Shown here: one piece after another, positions 1 to 22,700 of the stretch
How positions within the stretch are numbered: the first letter of the stretch is position 1
Layout: the number at the start of each line of letters is the position of its first letter
Origin: the human T2T-CHM13v2.0 reference genome, Homo sapiens
Strand: one strand, 5' to 3'
NCBI RefSeq assembly: GCF_009914755.1
Contig: NC_060930.1
Length of the DNA: 64,000 nucleotides
Translations under genes and position numbers: made by a program
The notes under the pieces: model-generated
Told to the model about the DNA's origin: nothing
Database searches by the model: none
Seen by the model: only the letters and a program-made list of their open reading frames with translations

Positions 1-195
1 ATAAATCTCTTCAAAATTGAGAAACTGATTCAAAAATAAATATTCAAAAGTCAAAAACAGCTATGACAATCTTCAAAAACAACAAAGTTGGAAGACTCAC
101 AGTTATCAAGACATTTATAAACCTATAGTGATTAACACAATGTAACAGTGGTATATGAATAGACAAATAGATCAGTGCAACAGTATAGCGTCTAG

Positions 196-621
<426 letters not shown>

Positions 622-962
622 AGGACAACCTTTTAAATAAATGGTGCTGTCACGTGGCAATCCAATGTATGAAAAACGAAACAATGTAATACAATACACC
701 AAAAGCAAATTACAGAATTGAATGGGAAACAATTTCACAACAAAGCTTCTAAAAATAATACAGGAGAATATCCTCATGTCTTTGAAGTAGGAAAATATTT
801 TTTAAATAGGCCACTAAAAAGGAAGAAAAATACTGACAACCTGAACCATTAAAATTAGAAATTTGTTTATAAAAAGACACCATTAAGAAAGGAAAAAGGC
901 ATGCCTGTGGTCCCAGTTATGCAGGAGCTAAAATTGGAGAATCACTTGAGCCCATGAGCTCA

Positions 963-1454
<492 letters not shown>

Positions 1455-2853
1455 TCAAAACATGGGCAGTCATTAGTCTATGTGCTACAAATGAAATTTT
1501 ATTTGTGAGAAAATAAATAATAGATTCTATAGTGTCAATGATAGAATGCTAGTGCAGGTCTACAAGTTTTCACAGCAAACCAAAGGTAAAGGTCTTTCTG
1601 CTGGCACCAATGTACCTTGTAAGTATCATTTCTGGTACATCTGACACAGTGCCTACATATAACTTTATGGTCTATCTTCCCCAACCCTCCATGATTCATC
1701 TTGTATCCCTAGGCCTTATTGCTGTGTCTGAAAACATAAAAGGTATTCCATAAATGCTTTGTAATAATTAGAACTTAGAATGAGCTACTACTGGATACAT
1801 ATGAGTCCAAAGTTGCATTAAAAAAGAGCATACCATAGCACAGTGTAAACTCAATGGGAACAGAATCAGACATATCTGAGTTCAAATCCCAGCTATGACA
1901 TTCATTCACTAGGTGTGTGATTTTGAACAAGTCACATTAGCATTATGTGTCTCAGTTAACTTATTTGGAAAAGGGGATGGTCCCTATCTTACAGAACTGT
2001 GAGGATTAAATGCAGCAAAAGTAACATAATGCCTAGCTTAAAGTAAATATTTAAGCAACATAAGCTATCATTATTACAGCTCTAGAAGGGGCCATCTATT
2101 CTAATACCCAAGTTTTATTTATAAGAAGGTAAGACCTAGAAAGAACGGTTAACTAAACTGCCAAGTATCATACAATAGCTGGCTAATAACAAAAGATGTA
2201 TTAATATCTAAATCTTAACACCCAGTTCAGTTCTCTTTCTATTACTCAACTTTATCTCCACTTAAGTAACAGGGAAAAATTAAGAGTCTCTGAAGGGCTT
2301 TACTTAGAACTTAAAAAGTTCTAAGATTGGCTGAGTGTTGTGGCTTATGCCTATAATCCCAGCACTTTGGGAGGCCGAGGCAGGTGGATTGCTTGAGGTC
2401 AGGAGTTCAAGACCAGCCTGGCCAATATGGTGAAACCCTGTCTCTACTAAAAATACAAAAAAATTAGCAGGGCATGGTGGTGGGCACCTGTAATCCCAGC
2501 TACTGGGGAGGCTGAGGCAAGAGAATCGCTTGAACCAGGAGGCGGAGGCTGCAGTGAGTCGAGACTGCGCCACTGCACTCCAGCCTGGGCAACAGAGTGA
2601 GACCCTGTCTCAAAAAAAAAAAAAGTTCTAAAGATACTTTCATGCAGATTGCACCTGAACCTAAAGTAAAAGTACGTATGTTAACATCAACAGATGTTGA
2701 ACTTATCCCCTATATAGATACAATAAACTTAATTTTGGGGAGTGCCAAAAGAAAGGGCAACTCTAGAAACTAGAAAAAGTTCTATAATTTTTCACATTTT
2801 AATACCATATAAAAGCAAATAAATACCAAACTTATGTCTGTATTATGACATAC

Positions 2854-2920
2854 CTTTTCAAATTCAATAAAAGCGTAACAGAGGGACTCTCCTGTCTTCC
2901 AGTCTCGGATAACTTCACAA
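2854..2920 (-). CDS. PPIL4: PPIL4 exon 9 (67 nt; SCEVIRDWKTGESLCYAFIEFEK), RRM RNP1; gene continues left of window
   Basis: RNP1-like LCYAFIEF; tttctttcag acceptor, AAG|gtatgt donor; cumulative 870 nt = 290 codons. Confidence 0.95.
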
Positions 2921-3703
2921 CTGAAAGAAAGTATTTAAAAGTGACTTAAAAAAAAAAAAAAGGAAGAAAGCATTCACTCTCACTCTTCAAAACTGAAGAA
3001 GAAATAAGTCAGTTACTACAAGGCAAAGTTAAATTCATAGATTATTTTTCCAAATTCATTTAATAACAATTCTTTTTTAAAAGTAGTTCACCAGAGCAGT
3101 AACTAAATTATCTAAATTCTACTCTAAGTGCCTTATATAGGCCTACAGTCCTAAATTCCCTTAAGCACTGAAGTAAGAATAAAAATATTTAATTTTCCTT
3201 TGGCAAAAGTAAACTACTGCTAAAGACTTTTAAAATCACAACACTTTTCTAGTCCAAATATAGTCGAATTATAGAATATCTAACATCTAACATTACTGTA
3301 GAATAATGTATGCATACTCATACATATATAAATGTTTAAGTTCAAGCTTTGAAATTTTTGAATTTTAATATAAATCAAGCTCAAATTTAACACTGTAAGC
3401 ACAATGTTAATTACAGAACTAATATACCATAATAACCAAGTGAAAAGGCCAATAAGCTGAAGTTGAAAGCACCTGGCTTGTCCCTTGCCCCAAGTGTCAT
3501 AAGTCTCATTTTAAAAACCTCATTTTAAAAGCCGGGCGCAGTGGCTCATACCTATAACCCCAGCCCTTTGGGAGGCCAAGACGGACGGATCACAAGGTCA
3601 GGAGCTCGAGACCAGCTTGGCCAATATGGTGAAACCCCGTCTCTACTAAAAATACAAAAATTAGCTGGGCGTGTTGGCGCATGCCTGTAGTCCCAGCTAC
3701 TCA

Positions 3704-3886
<183 letters not shown>

Positions 3887-4362
3887 TCAATTACAAAATA
3901 GTCCCCTTCCTCACAGAAATACTAGCTTCATAGACTTTTTCATTAATGCAGGGAAAACTAACCAAAAGAAAAATTTTAGAAAATTTAGTTTTAAATTAAT
4001 TTTGACATAAATTGCTGGTAATTCCAGGAGTTGAATGAGATAAATATTTTAAATATTAAAGAAGGCTGTTGAGAGTATTACAGAACTAGATTTAAATTGT
4101 TCCATTCATTTCCTGTTTTAGGGTGAAAATGTGTTGAGAGTGGGAGATTCAATTATTTATCTGTGTGTGTGTGTGCACGTATGTATGTATGTCTACACAC
4201 ACATATATACTTTTCTTCCCTACTGTCCAAAGACTCACCTGTAAAAATTCACCAGTACAAAATTCGCCTAGAATTCACAGAATCATCAAAATATGTCATT
4301 AGAAAACCACCAACTGATACCTAGTTTTTCTAAATATCTCTTTCACTAATTCTAAGGATTAC

Positions 4363-4487
4363 CTTCTTATTGGCCCAAATCTAGAGAATATTATTTCCAG
4401 ATCCTCATCTGTGGTCACTGGGTTCAATTTACACACAAACAGTACATTTTCTGGAGGTTTAATATCTGCATCAGGTAGGTCTCCCAC
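4363..4487 (-). CDS. PPIL4: PPIL4 exon 8 (125 nt; [41 protein letters not shown]), start of RRM
   Basis: RNP2-like LFVCKL; canonical sites; frame continuous. Confidence 0.95.
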
Positions 4488-5683
4488 CTAAATTACAAAC
4501 AAACAAAAACATAAATCAATTCCTATTTAGTTTCCATTCTAAATCCTATCCAATCCCACAATGCTGATTTCCTTAAAACATCTAAATTTATGTTACAAAC
4601 TGCAGGCTCTGGAAAAGAAATCCAAATAAGATTTCAAAATTTGAACTACACTGTTCCTATTCTTAACAGTGTTAATAGCTAATATTTAAATAACTCATAC
4701 TTTGTGTGAACAGTGCTTGGAGCTTCAGATCTATTACGCTAATTCTTGAAACAATCCTGCAATCTCCATTTTAAAGACAAGTAAAGCGGCTGAGCATGGT
4801 AGCTCATGCCTGTAATCCCAGCACTTTGGGAGGCCAAGGGGGGCAGATACTTGAGGTCAGGAGTTCAAGATCAGCCTGGCCAACATGGTGAAACCCCATT
4901 TCTACTAAAAATACAAAAATTAAACGGGCATGGTGGTGTGCACCTGTAGTCCTAACTACTCGGGACACTGAGGCAGTAGAATCGCTTGAACCCAGGAGGC
5001 GGAGGTTGCAGTGAGCTACGCCACTTCACCCCAGCCTGGGCGACAGAGCAAGACTCCATCTCATAAATAAACAAATAAAATAAAGACAAGTAAAGTGAAA
5101 TTTAAAAGGTTAAACAAGTAACTTGCCCAAGACCACACAGTGGTAAACAACAGAGCTGGGATTTGAACCTACATTTATCTGGCTTCAAAGACCAATTTTA
5201 CCCCTACTTCATCTTTTTTCAAGTATTTGATATATTTTTTAAAGGATAAGAATTTATGTAAAGTACATGTAAGTCATAAAGCATAAAAATAAAAACCACT
5301 ATGATGCTACCATCTAGCTTAAGAACTAAAATGTCACCTATCCCATTCTCCCTGTGCCTCCTCATCAGAGACAACAAATACCCTGCTTTTTGGTTTTCCT
5401 TTTTCAGTCATTTCCTTGCATATCATCAGAGTTTTACCATATATGTATGCAACTCTATCACATTTAGATGGGGCAACAACATCCCTTTATACATACATTC
5501 AAACACTCTTTCAGAGATTATTTCTGATAAGATCACCTGTAAAGTGTCTCCTCTTGGATAAACATGCCCTTCCCCCCAAAATCTTGAAAATAAAAAACAG
5601 TAAGAAGCAACACAGCCAGTAAGATCTCCTCAGTGTTTCTGAAGTCTATCAAAAGACAACATTATGTCCAATAAGAAGTATCA

Positions 5684-5845
<162 letters not shown>

Positions 5846-6289
5846 CTAGCTATTCAGAAGGTTGGATGGACTGCTTGGGTTCCAGAGTTTTTGAGGCAGC
5901 AGTGAGCTATGATCACACCACTGCACTCCAGCCTAGAAAACAGAGTAAGACCCTGCCTCTAAAAAACAAAAAAGAGTGTCAAAACACAGAAGGAGTAGAG
6001 CAAATTAGTAAAAATCCTCCAAAGCACCTATAATGGCAGAAAGGAAGCACAAACGAGAAAAAAAGTTAATGAGTCAAAAAAGAACTTGCTATAGTACTTG
6101 GTCAAAGCTAACTTTAAAATACTATTAGGAAATTTAAAACATTCATAAAAGCTATGAGGTTCAAAACTAATTTTACAAAACACTAGCTGAATTATCACTA
6201 TATTACAAACAAATGCAATAAAGTAAGAGAAACAGATATTCTTAGAAAACAGAACATGGAATATGTTAATAAAATCAAAAGGACACAGG

Positions 6290-8010
6290 ATCACCTTTTA
6301 GAGTGACTAAAATCCAAAAAATACCATCAGCAAATGCTGGCAAGGATGTGAGGCAAAAGAAACCCTCATTCATTGCTGGTAGGAATGTAAAATGTAAAGC
6401 CACTTTAGAAGACAGTTTGGCAGTTTCTTACAAAGCTAAACCATTCAATCCAGCATCTGAACTCCTAGGTATTTACCCAAATGCATAGAAACTTTATGCC
6501 TACACAAAAATCTGCATGCAAATGTTTACAGCAGCTTTAATCACAACTGCCAAAACTTGGAAGCAACCAAGGTATCTTTCAACAGGTAAAAAATATACAA
6601 GCTGTGATACATCCATACAATGAAACATTACTTAGCAATTAAAAGAAATGAGCTATCAGCCATGCATGGTGGCTCACGCCTGTAATCCCAACACTTTGGG
6701 AGGCCAAGACAGGAAGATCACTTGAACCTGGGAGTTTGGGATCAGCCTGAGCAACATGGGTAAGACTCCATCTCTACAAAAAAATTTAAAAATTACCAAG
6801 GTGTGGTGGCGTGTGCCTATAGTCCCAGCTACTCAAGAGGCTGAGGCAGGAAGACTGCTCAACCTCAGTTCAAGGTTATAGTGAGCTATGACAGCACCAC
6901 TGCACTCCAGCCTGAGTGAAAGAGTGAGACTTTCTCTAAAAAAAAAAAACAAAAAAAAGAAAGAAATGAAATCCCAGGCCGGGCAACATAGTGAGACTCT
7001 GTCTCTACAAAAAATAAAATTAGCCGGGCATGGTGGCACACGCCTGTGGTCCCAGCTACTTGTGAGGCTGAGGTAGGAGGATTACTTGAGCCCTGGAGGT
7101 CGGGGTGCAGTGAGCCATTATTGTGCCACTGTCCATGCAACAGAGCGAGAACCTGTCTCAAATAAAAAAAAATTAAAAAAAATTAAAAAAAGGGCCGGGC
7201 AGGGTGACTCATGCTGTAATCCCAGCACTTTGGGAGGCTGAGGCGCGCAGATCACGAGGTCAAGAGATCAAGACCATCCTGGCTAACACGGTGAAACCTC
7301 GTCTCTACTAAAAATACAAAATAATTAGCCGGGCGCGGTGGCACGTGCCTGTAGTCCCAGCTACTCAGGAGGCTGAGGCAGGAGAATCTCTTGAACCTGG
7401 GAGGCAGAGGTTGCAGTGAGCCGAGATAATGCCACTGTACTCTAGCCTGACGACAAGAGCGAGACTCCGTCTCAAAAAAAAAAAAAAAAGGAGGGAAAGA
7501 AAAGAAAGAAAAAGAAAAAGGGAAAGGAGAAAGGGAAAGGGAAGAAAGAAAAAAGGCACAGTGGAACCTTAAATGTATATTGCTAAGTGAAAGAAGACAG
7601 TCTGAAAAGGCTACATACGCTATAATTCCAACTATATGACATTTTGAAAATGCCAAAACTATATAGACAGTAAAAACATCAGTAGTTGCCAAGAAGTGGG
7701 TGTTGGGGGTGGGGATGAACAGGTGGAGCCCAGGGGATTTTTTAGACAGTGAAACTACCTTGAATGATCCTGTAAGGGTAGATATATGCTATCGTACATT
7801 TGTCAGTTCCACCGAATGTACAACACAAAGCTTGAATTCTAACGTAAATCATGGATTTTAATTAATAATGTATCAATATTGGCTCATCAATTGTTAACAA
7901 ATGTGTCACAATAATGCAAGACTGGGGGAAAGAGGGAGGGAGTACTTAGAAACTCTCTGTACTTTATGTTCAGTTTTTCTGTAATTCTAAAATTGCTCTA
8001 CAAATTGTCT
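6290..8010 (+). mobile_element. Old L1M 3' fragments interrupted by an Alu cluster (6657-7490)
   Basis: L1 3' text (cattgctggtaggaatgtaaaat, agtgaaagaagacagtctgaaaaggctacatac). Confidence 0.7.
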
Positions 8011-8090
8011 ATTAAAAACAAAGCCAAAAAAAGAATCCATGAGACACGGATAATGAACGGATAGATAAGCAGTTAAGAAGGGAGGGCTCA

Positions 8091-9679
<1,589 letters not shown>

Positions 9680-11169
9680 CTATAAACTGTAATTTCTGTC
9701 ACTTCTAAATTTTCTGATTTTGGTAACTACACTGTGAATACGTACATATTGTTATACACATTGAATACTGCTGCTCTTAGGAAATACACACTGATTAAGA
9801 GGTAAAGGGAAATAACAGGCAACTTACTGTCAAATAGTCCAGAAAAAAAATGTGTGTTTATGTGCTTGTATAATCAGAGAGAGAGAAAAAGAGAGAATCA
9901 TAAAACAGATGTAGCAAAATGTTAAAAATTGGTGAATGTGGGTAAAAGGTATATAGAAGTTCTATGTACTTTTTCCCATAAATTTGAAATTATCTGAAAA
10001 CAAAAAGTTTTAAAAAGTATGTTAATCTATTTTCTTCTGGCATAAACTTCCAAAGTGTTGCTGTGGAAAAGTCTGATAACAATCTAAATTCATTCCCTTA
10101 TAAGTAACTTATTCTTTCTGCCCAATTGTTCAACATATCTTTCAAGTGTAGTAATTCTCTTAGAATTTGTCTTGGTGTTGGGTGTTCAGAGTCAATACTC
10201 TGAGATACACAGTGTGCTCATTAAAATGTGTATTTTCAATTAATTTTTTTAATTTCAGTAAAGCTTTCTTGAACTATACAGCCTTTACTATTTGTTCATT
10301 CAGACAGTTGATGGTAATATAAACTTAAGCCTGGCCAACATAGGGAGATCCTGTCTCTACAAAAAAAATTTTAAAATTAGCAGGGCATTGTGGTGTGTGA
10401 CTGTGGTCTCAGCAACTCAGGAGGCTGAGGCAAGGGCATTGCTTAAGCTGAGGAGTTGGAAGCTGCAGCAAGCTATGATCATACACCACTGTACTCCAGC
10501 CTGAACAACAGAGTGAGACCCTGTCTCTATAAAATAATAAATAAATAAACTTTAAAACAGACTACAAATCTGAAAGTTCTATTATATAAAATAGTAACTT
10601 TATTATCCATTCATTCCAATATTTATTATCTATGATATGACAGGTATGCCTATTCTACAAAAATAAGAAATGGAAAATAATACCAAGTAGGTCAATTAAT
10701 CATCTACTGAATTATTATTCCCCAAATGACTTCAGGTTGTTAGTAATACAGAGAAGCAGTATATTTTAGAGTGCTCAGTTTCCACCCATTATTTTGCCCT
10801 ACAACTACCATTCTGTTTAATCTTAACACTTGAGTGGTACAGTGAAGAACTATTCTTTAATATACATAAAATTCAGCCTGCTAAACACTCTTTAAGAATG
10901 AGATGAATATTAAACAACTGAAATTCAATTAATAAGTTAGAGATCCACTTCCCACTGTTTAAAAAGGCACTTAGCACTATATTGACAGTAGAGTCAAATT
11001 TATTTTCACAGTAGAGCCAATTTATTACTATGCCATACCAAATTTAAATCAGAAAAAAATCATAACTCAATTTTTAACATTTTAAGACTACTGAAGAGCC
11101 AGAAATAAACACTCAGTAAGTATTATTAGATATATTACAGAACAATTTGAACAAAGATAATTATCTTAC

Positions 11170-11286
11170 CATCTCCAAAAGTATAGCCTGAGTTTTAGCC
11201 TCTTTTTCTGCCTTTATTTCTTCTACTTCCTCAGCTGATCTTCCTTTGAAATCATCAATTTCTTCATCTGCTCCTATTCGACCACT
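11170..11286 (-). CDS. PPIL4: PPIL4 exon 7 (117 nt; SGRIGADEEIDDFKGRSAEEVEEIKAEKEAKTQAILLEM)
   Basis: Phase 0-0 exon, ATG|gtaaga donor; acidic linker. Confidence 0.94.
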
Positions 11287-11586
11287 CTGTTAAGACAGAA
11301 GTTACTCATGTATATATTTAAAGAATAAAAAAATCTGAGAAACATAGAAGACATACTTTATTCTTAGTTATATCAAACATGCTAAAACAGTAACTGATCA
11401 AGGTTGCAGTGAGCTACAATCACACCACTGCACTCCAGCTGGGTGACACAGTGAGATCTTGTCTCTAAAAAAAAATTTTTAATAATTAATTGGACAGCAA
11501 CTGAGACAAACTTATAAACCTCCAAGAATTGATTTATATTAATTCTAAAATATTAGCCAAAGTGGGCTTCTGTTAAAATCAAAATA

Positions 11587-13174
<1,588 letters not shown>

Positions 13175-13307
13175 TTAATTCACCTTTTGGGATTAGAATT
13201 ATCCAGAAACCAGTCCTATGCATACCGTTCCTATCCATACCACTACGTGTTAAACATCTCAATATTAAAACATTCTAGTACATTCAGATAGCAAATTGTA
13301 ACCATAC

Positions 13308-13450
13308 CTGATATCCTGATATGGTACAAAGTCCTTGTCAACAAAGGTCTCATTAATTTTCTTAATTATGTCCATGCCTTCTGTCACCTCACCAAACACC
13401 GTATGGACACCATCAAGATAATCTAGATTTTCTCCTGTGGTGATAAGAAA
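13308..13450 (-). CDS. PPIL4: PPIL4 exon 5 (143 nt; FLITTGENLDYLDGVHTVFGEVTEGMDIIKKINETFVDKDFVPYQDIR)
   Basis: Cyclophilin LDGxHTVFGxV motif; ttctttatag acceptor, CAG|gtatgg donor; frame continuous. Confidence 0.96.
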
Positions 13451-13614
13451 CTATAAAGAAGGACACATAATAAATACCATAAAAATAATACATAACTCAA
13501 ACTGAAATCAGTTACAGACTGACAAAAAAATACATGAAAGTTAAGAGTCCACATTTACTGCACCAATTCTTAGACACTTGTTACCAAAACTAAGTAAAAA
13601 GTACAAAGCTTATA

Positions 13615-17560
<3,946 letters not shown>

Positions 17561-17677
17561 GTCGGCCACGGTGGCTCACACCTGTAATCCCAGCACTTTG
17601 GGAGGCCAAGGCAGGTGGATCACCTGGGGTCAAGAGTTTGAGACCAGCCTGGCCAACATGGCAAAACCCTGTCTCTA

Positions 17678-17839
<162 letters not shown>

Positions 17840-17994
17840 CTAAATAAATAAAATAAAATAAAATAAAACAAAATACTTAGACAAGCCATGACTCAACTTC
17901 ATGTGTATATAGTAGAAAACAGAAGTACCTACTCTAACAAGTAGGTCATTGGGAGAATTAACAGGGTCATTGGGAGAATTAAACAAGACAATGA

Positions 17995-18123
<129 letters not shown>

Positions 18124-18653
18124 TGAGACCATCGTGGCCAACATGGTGAAACCCCGTCTCTACTAAAAATATAAAAATTAGCCAGGTGTTGTGGCAGGCG
18201 CATGTAATCCCAGCTATTCGGAAGGCCGAGGCAGGAGAATTGCTTGAACCCGGGAGGGAGAGGTTGCAGTGAGCCGAGGATTGTGCCATCGCACTCCAGT
18301 CTGGGAGACAGAGTGAGACTACATCTCATAAAAATAAATTAATTAATTAAATAAAAAGAAATACTGAAAAATGAGCCACAAATGTGAACAGTGATAATCA
18401 CGGATGGTGGAGTTGTAGGTAATGTTTTTCTTTGTACTTTTCTGTATTTTCTCAATTCTTCACAATAGGAATGCTTTACATTTAAAAGAAGAAAATAATA
18501 TTTTTTAATATAGAAAAAGTGCATTTTTTCCCCTAACACATATTTCTGATTGAAACCCTCTAAGCCTTACTGGATAGTTTAAAAAATAACTCTGTGGGCT
18601 CCTTCCAGTCCTTCATTTCTAAGCAAATCTCATATTCTTACTCATTTCCTAAC

Positions 18654-18771
18654 CTGAGATCCATGTTGATCACTGCCATTATTCACCATGGACACTGTGC
18701 CTTTCTTCTTGTGCTTAATTCTTGGGACTTTTTCTGCCTCAAAAAAGCTTGCTTGATCACCATACAGTTGG
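18654..18771 (-). CDS. PPIL4: PPIL4 exon 4 (118 nt; QLYGDQASFFEAEKVPRIKHKKKGTVSMVNNGSDQHGSQ)
   Basis: Cyclophilin H..GTVSM..N....GSQ motif; within ORF 18642..18851; canonical splice sites. Confidence 0.96.
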
Positions 18772-19029
18772 CTGAAAAAACATATAAGGTTATAAATGTA
18801 AGTACTCTCAAAATGAAATACAGAAGTACTAGTAACATACAGGGTTATCAATTATTTCTTTACAGAAATGCCAACAGAATTCAAAATATTACTTTTTTTT
18901 TTTTAGGGAACTTGGGGGAAAAAATCTAAATTTAAACCATATTTTAAAATGCAGATTGAAGCATGAGCAATTATATTTTTCCTCATTTAAGAATAAAAGA
19001 ATTTGTTCTGCCCTTCCAGAGGTTAAAAG

Positions 19030-19068
<39 letters not shown>

Positions 19069-19069
19069 A
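19030..19069. repeat. (TAAA)n microsatellite in PPIL4 intron 3
   Basis: About 10 tandem units seen directly. Confidence 0.95.
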
Positions 19070-19078
19070 ACAACTTAC

Positions 19079-19143
19079 CCAAAGATAGACTCTCCTCCAC
19101 GGCCAGTCCCTGTAGGATCGCCAGTTTGTATGATAAAATCCCT
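19079..19143 (-). CDS. PPIL4: PPIL4 exon 3 (65 nt; RDFIIQTGDPTGTGRGGESIFG)
   Basis: Cyclophilin signature FxxQxGDPTGTGxGGxS; ag/gtaagt sites; 87-nt intron 2. Confidence 0.96.
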
Positions 19144-19230
19144 CTGTAATATGTAGGATTCTTTGTTAATTCACAGAGTTTGTTAGATAGTTCCAATAAC
19201 AAAGGAAATGACTAATATCTACCAACTCAC

Positions 19231-19298
19231 CTGTACATTGTGAATAAGGCAATAATTGTAATATTTTATTTTGCACAGTTTCAAGAAATTCAAGCAGG
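19231..19298 (-). CDS. PPIL4: PPIL4 exon 2 (68 nt; ACLNFLKLCKIKYYNYCLIHNVQ)
   Basis: tttctttcag acceptor, CAG|gtgagt donor, frame continuous with exon 1; cyclophilin NF..LC motif. Confidence 0.96.
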
Positions 19299-19556
19299 CT
19301 GAAAGAAAGTAAATACCAAATTTATCACAGTAATCCACAAACACATTTTTAAATAAGTAAAGCCACAGTAAAATGTAATTTCTAAATTACTATTAAAAGA
19401 AAAAAAAAGTCAAATGTCCAAAGCTATAAAAAAGGGCAATAGGCCGGGCGCTGGCTCACACCTGTAATCGCAGCGCTTTGGGAGGCGGAGGTGAGTGGAT
19501 CACTTGAAGTCAGGAGTTTGAGACCAGCCTGGCCAATATGGTGAAACCCTGTCTCA

Positions 19557-19718
<162 letters not shown>

Positions 19719-22700
19719 CTATCTCAAAATAAAATAAAATAAAATAAAATAAAAGGGCAATAAGTCTAGAAAAAAAACATTTTAAATTACCTTTTTTTTT
19801 CCTTTAATAGGAGTTTTGGGGCATCTGGGCTAATACAGAAAACTGACACTTATAAGCAATCATTTACTGATGGATTGATTTTATTACGAGAAAAAAGAAC
19901 ACTTAAAGAGCATATTGTAGTAGAAAAGGATCTAGCAGAATATATAAAAATGGATACGGATTATATCAATTAGGAAAAAGTCAAACACCCGGGGTCATTT
20001 TTTAAATAATAGTTAAACAGCCCTTTATAAAAATCCATACACTTATGAACAACCTTTCTCATACAAGTTAATCTGCTTATCCAATAAACATTTACTGAGT
20101 ACCTTCTAGATGCCTGACACTGCCATCACAAATGCCATTAAACTGTGGTCCCTGCTCCCAAAAAGTTCACAGTCTAGTCGTGGAAAGACACATTAACAAG
20201 CTCTTAAGGCACTAAGTTAGAAACCAAACAGACAGTAAGATATATGAGGCAATCCCTGCCCTCAAAAAGCTTACATTAAATTAGGGTCCTTACATCTGAA
20301 CACAAGTAGTTACATACTGGGCATATCTAATTAATAACATGTGTGCCACTTATTTAAAATGGTAAAAAAAGTAGTTTTAAAAATTCCACAAGAGTTCAAA
20401 AGATTGTTTCTGGCTAGGGAAATTAGAAAACCTCAGGGAAGGTTAAGGCAAGCATTAAAAGAACTGGACTAGCAGAGAGTGAAGGGTGAGCATTTTAGGT
20501 CTGGAAGACTATGAAAAGGCCTGGAAGTGGAAATTTAAATGTTTTAGGGGAGGTCCAAAACACCAAAGTTCTGTAATAGTCTGGTATTACACAGTAATAG
20601 AGCATGAAAAGACTGGAGAGATAAGATGGGGCTGAGCTGTTGAAGAGTGCTGAATATCAGTCTTGCAGTTGTTTTTCTTGAATATATTTCTGGGCTTCAT
20701 GTTTAACAGATAGGGGTGGTCCTTTTACTAGAAACAAAAATAATGAATTTAGGCAATGATCATCAATGGCTGCCAAAATCTTTAGGTCTTTCATCAAAAT
20801 CCGATGGGAACAATTTATAAGCGCAACAAGGCCTTAACCCACTGACCAATTTTAACATCACAGAGCCAACCAGACATCAAGTGCCTCCTGAATGTGATGC
20901 AGCTGAAAGTACACACTATCTTATATGAAATATTCTTGCCAAAAACATTAAACTGGAACCTAATCAAGGCTCTGAAGCTAAAGAACAATTTATAGGAAAC
21001 AGGGGACACAAAAATATGTTAACGCACCCAGTAAATAATCAGTCGAATCCAAACAAGAGAAATTCTACAAGACAAAGCACCCAGGTTGTTTCTCAAAATT
21101 TTTTCAAGGAAAAAAGGGGGAGAACCAATAGATTAAAACATATATGAGACATTTTAACCAATATATGGACTTTGGGTCCTAATTTAAATCACCATATTTT
21201 TTAGAAGTTTATGAGATAATAAGAAAGTTTAAATGATACTAAAAATTATTGCTAGTTTTTTCAAAGTGTGATAAGATCTGTGGTTCTGTTTTTTTATTCT
21301 TTTTTACAACTTTTTCTCTTTCCTTTAGTATTTTTCCCTTTTCCCTGTCAAGTTTTTTTTCTTTTTTAACCTGTCACTTATGTGGTACTTAAGCTCATAG
21401 TTCCATTTTTTCTTGTTTTTTTTAAAGAGACGTTATATTTTAGAAATACATACTGAAGTAATTACAGATTAAATAGATGCACTGGAGGTGGGGGTATTAT
21501 AAATGAAGCAAGATTGGCTATGTGTTCACAGCTGTTAAACAAAGCTGGTCATGTGGACATGAGAGTTCATTTACATGATTCTCTCTACATCTGTGTTTTA
21601 AATTTTCTATAATAAAAAGTTAAAAAAGAAAAGGAAGAAAGAATGGAAGGTAGGTAAGTCTGGATATGTTGATCATAGATTGATAAGTGAGTATAAATAT
21701 AGCAGGTACACATGTAAGCACATCTCCAGTCATATGCTTACAAATATGTACAGGGGGTGGACTTATTGTTATGGGCTTATCTTTGCAGACCCACTGCTTG
21801 TTAATTGGGTGGGGTAGCTCTACACCCCTTTATTTCCTCATAACTCTGGGAAAAGAGGCCCATTTATTTTGCCAGGTGCTACTCTACATGGGCAGAGCGT
21901 CAAAGGAACTCAAAGAAAAGCAAAATCAAGAGATAAAAAACAAAATTCCCTATGATATTCTTTGAAACACTCGATCCAGCCACTCGATCCAAGCTTACCC
22001 CAGTATTATGAGGCAACCAATTATTTTGTTTATGCCAGTTTGAGTTGGGTTTCTATCACTTGAACAAAGGGTCCTAACTAATACAACACATTTATATCCA
22101 TTAGTCATCATAATGAACCTCTAGTGTGTGCCCTAAAAGTAGCAGACATTGTACTGGGTACTCAGGATATAGAGATGATAATTATGGTATAGTTCCTGCT
22201 CTCATTGGAGTTTACATTCTTGAGCGAGGGCACGCTTGTAAACAACACCAGGATAATAGGTAAATGTTAAAATAAAATGTGTCATGTGGTTTATAAAAGA
22301 CCTAAGACACAGCAGAGGAACCCTCAGGTAACTCTGCTTAGAAAGGAGGGAGAGCTTCAAAGAAGAGATGATGCTTGATCTGAGATTTAGATAATAAGTA
22401 GTAAGTTTGCCAGAAGGACAATAGTGGAGAAGAATATTGTTTAGAAGAAACAGCAAAAGAATGGTAACAATGGTACGGGAGAGTTTGTAGTGTTTTCGCC
22501 AGGTGGAGAGGAGGGAGGAATAGCTGCGTGCGAGGGAAAGCGGAGCACGGCAGGAGGTAGTTATTGTACAATATTGCAACTTATTTCACCTTCTTTGATA
22601 GGCTCTGCATTCCATGTGGGTAGGACCCTGTTTGTAACTAATCTCTCCTGGTCTCAGTTTCTTCCTGACTCTGATACATTCTCCACACCGCTGCCTATTA

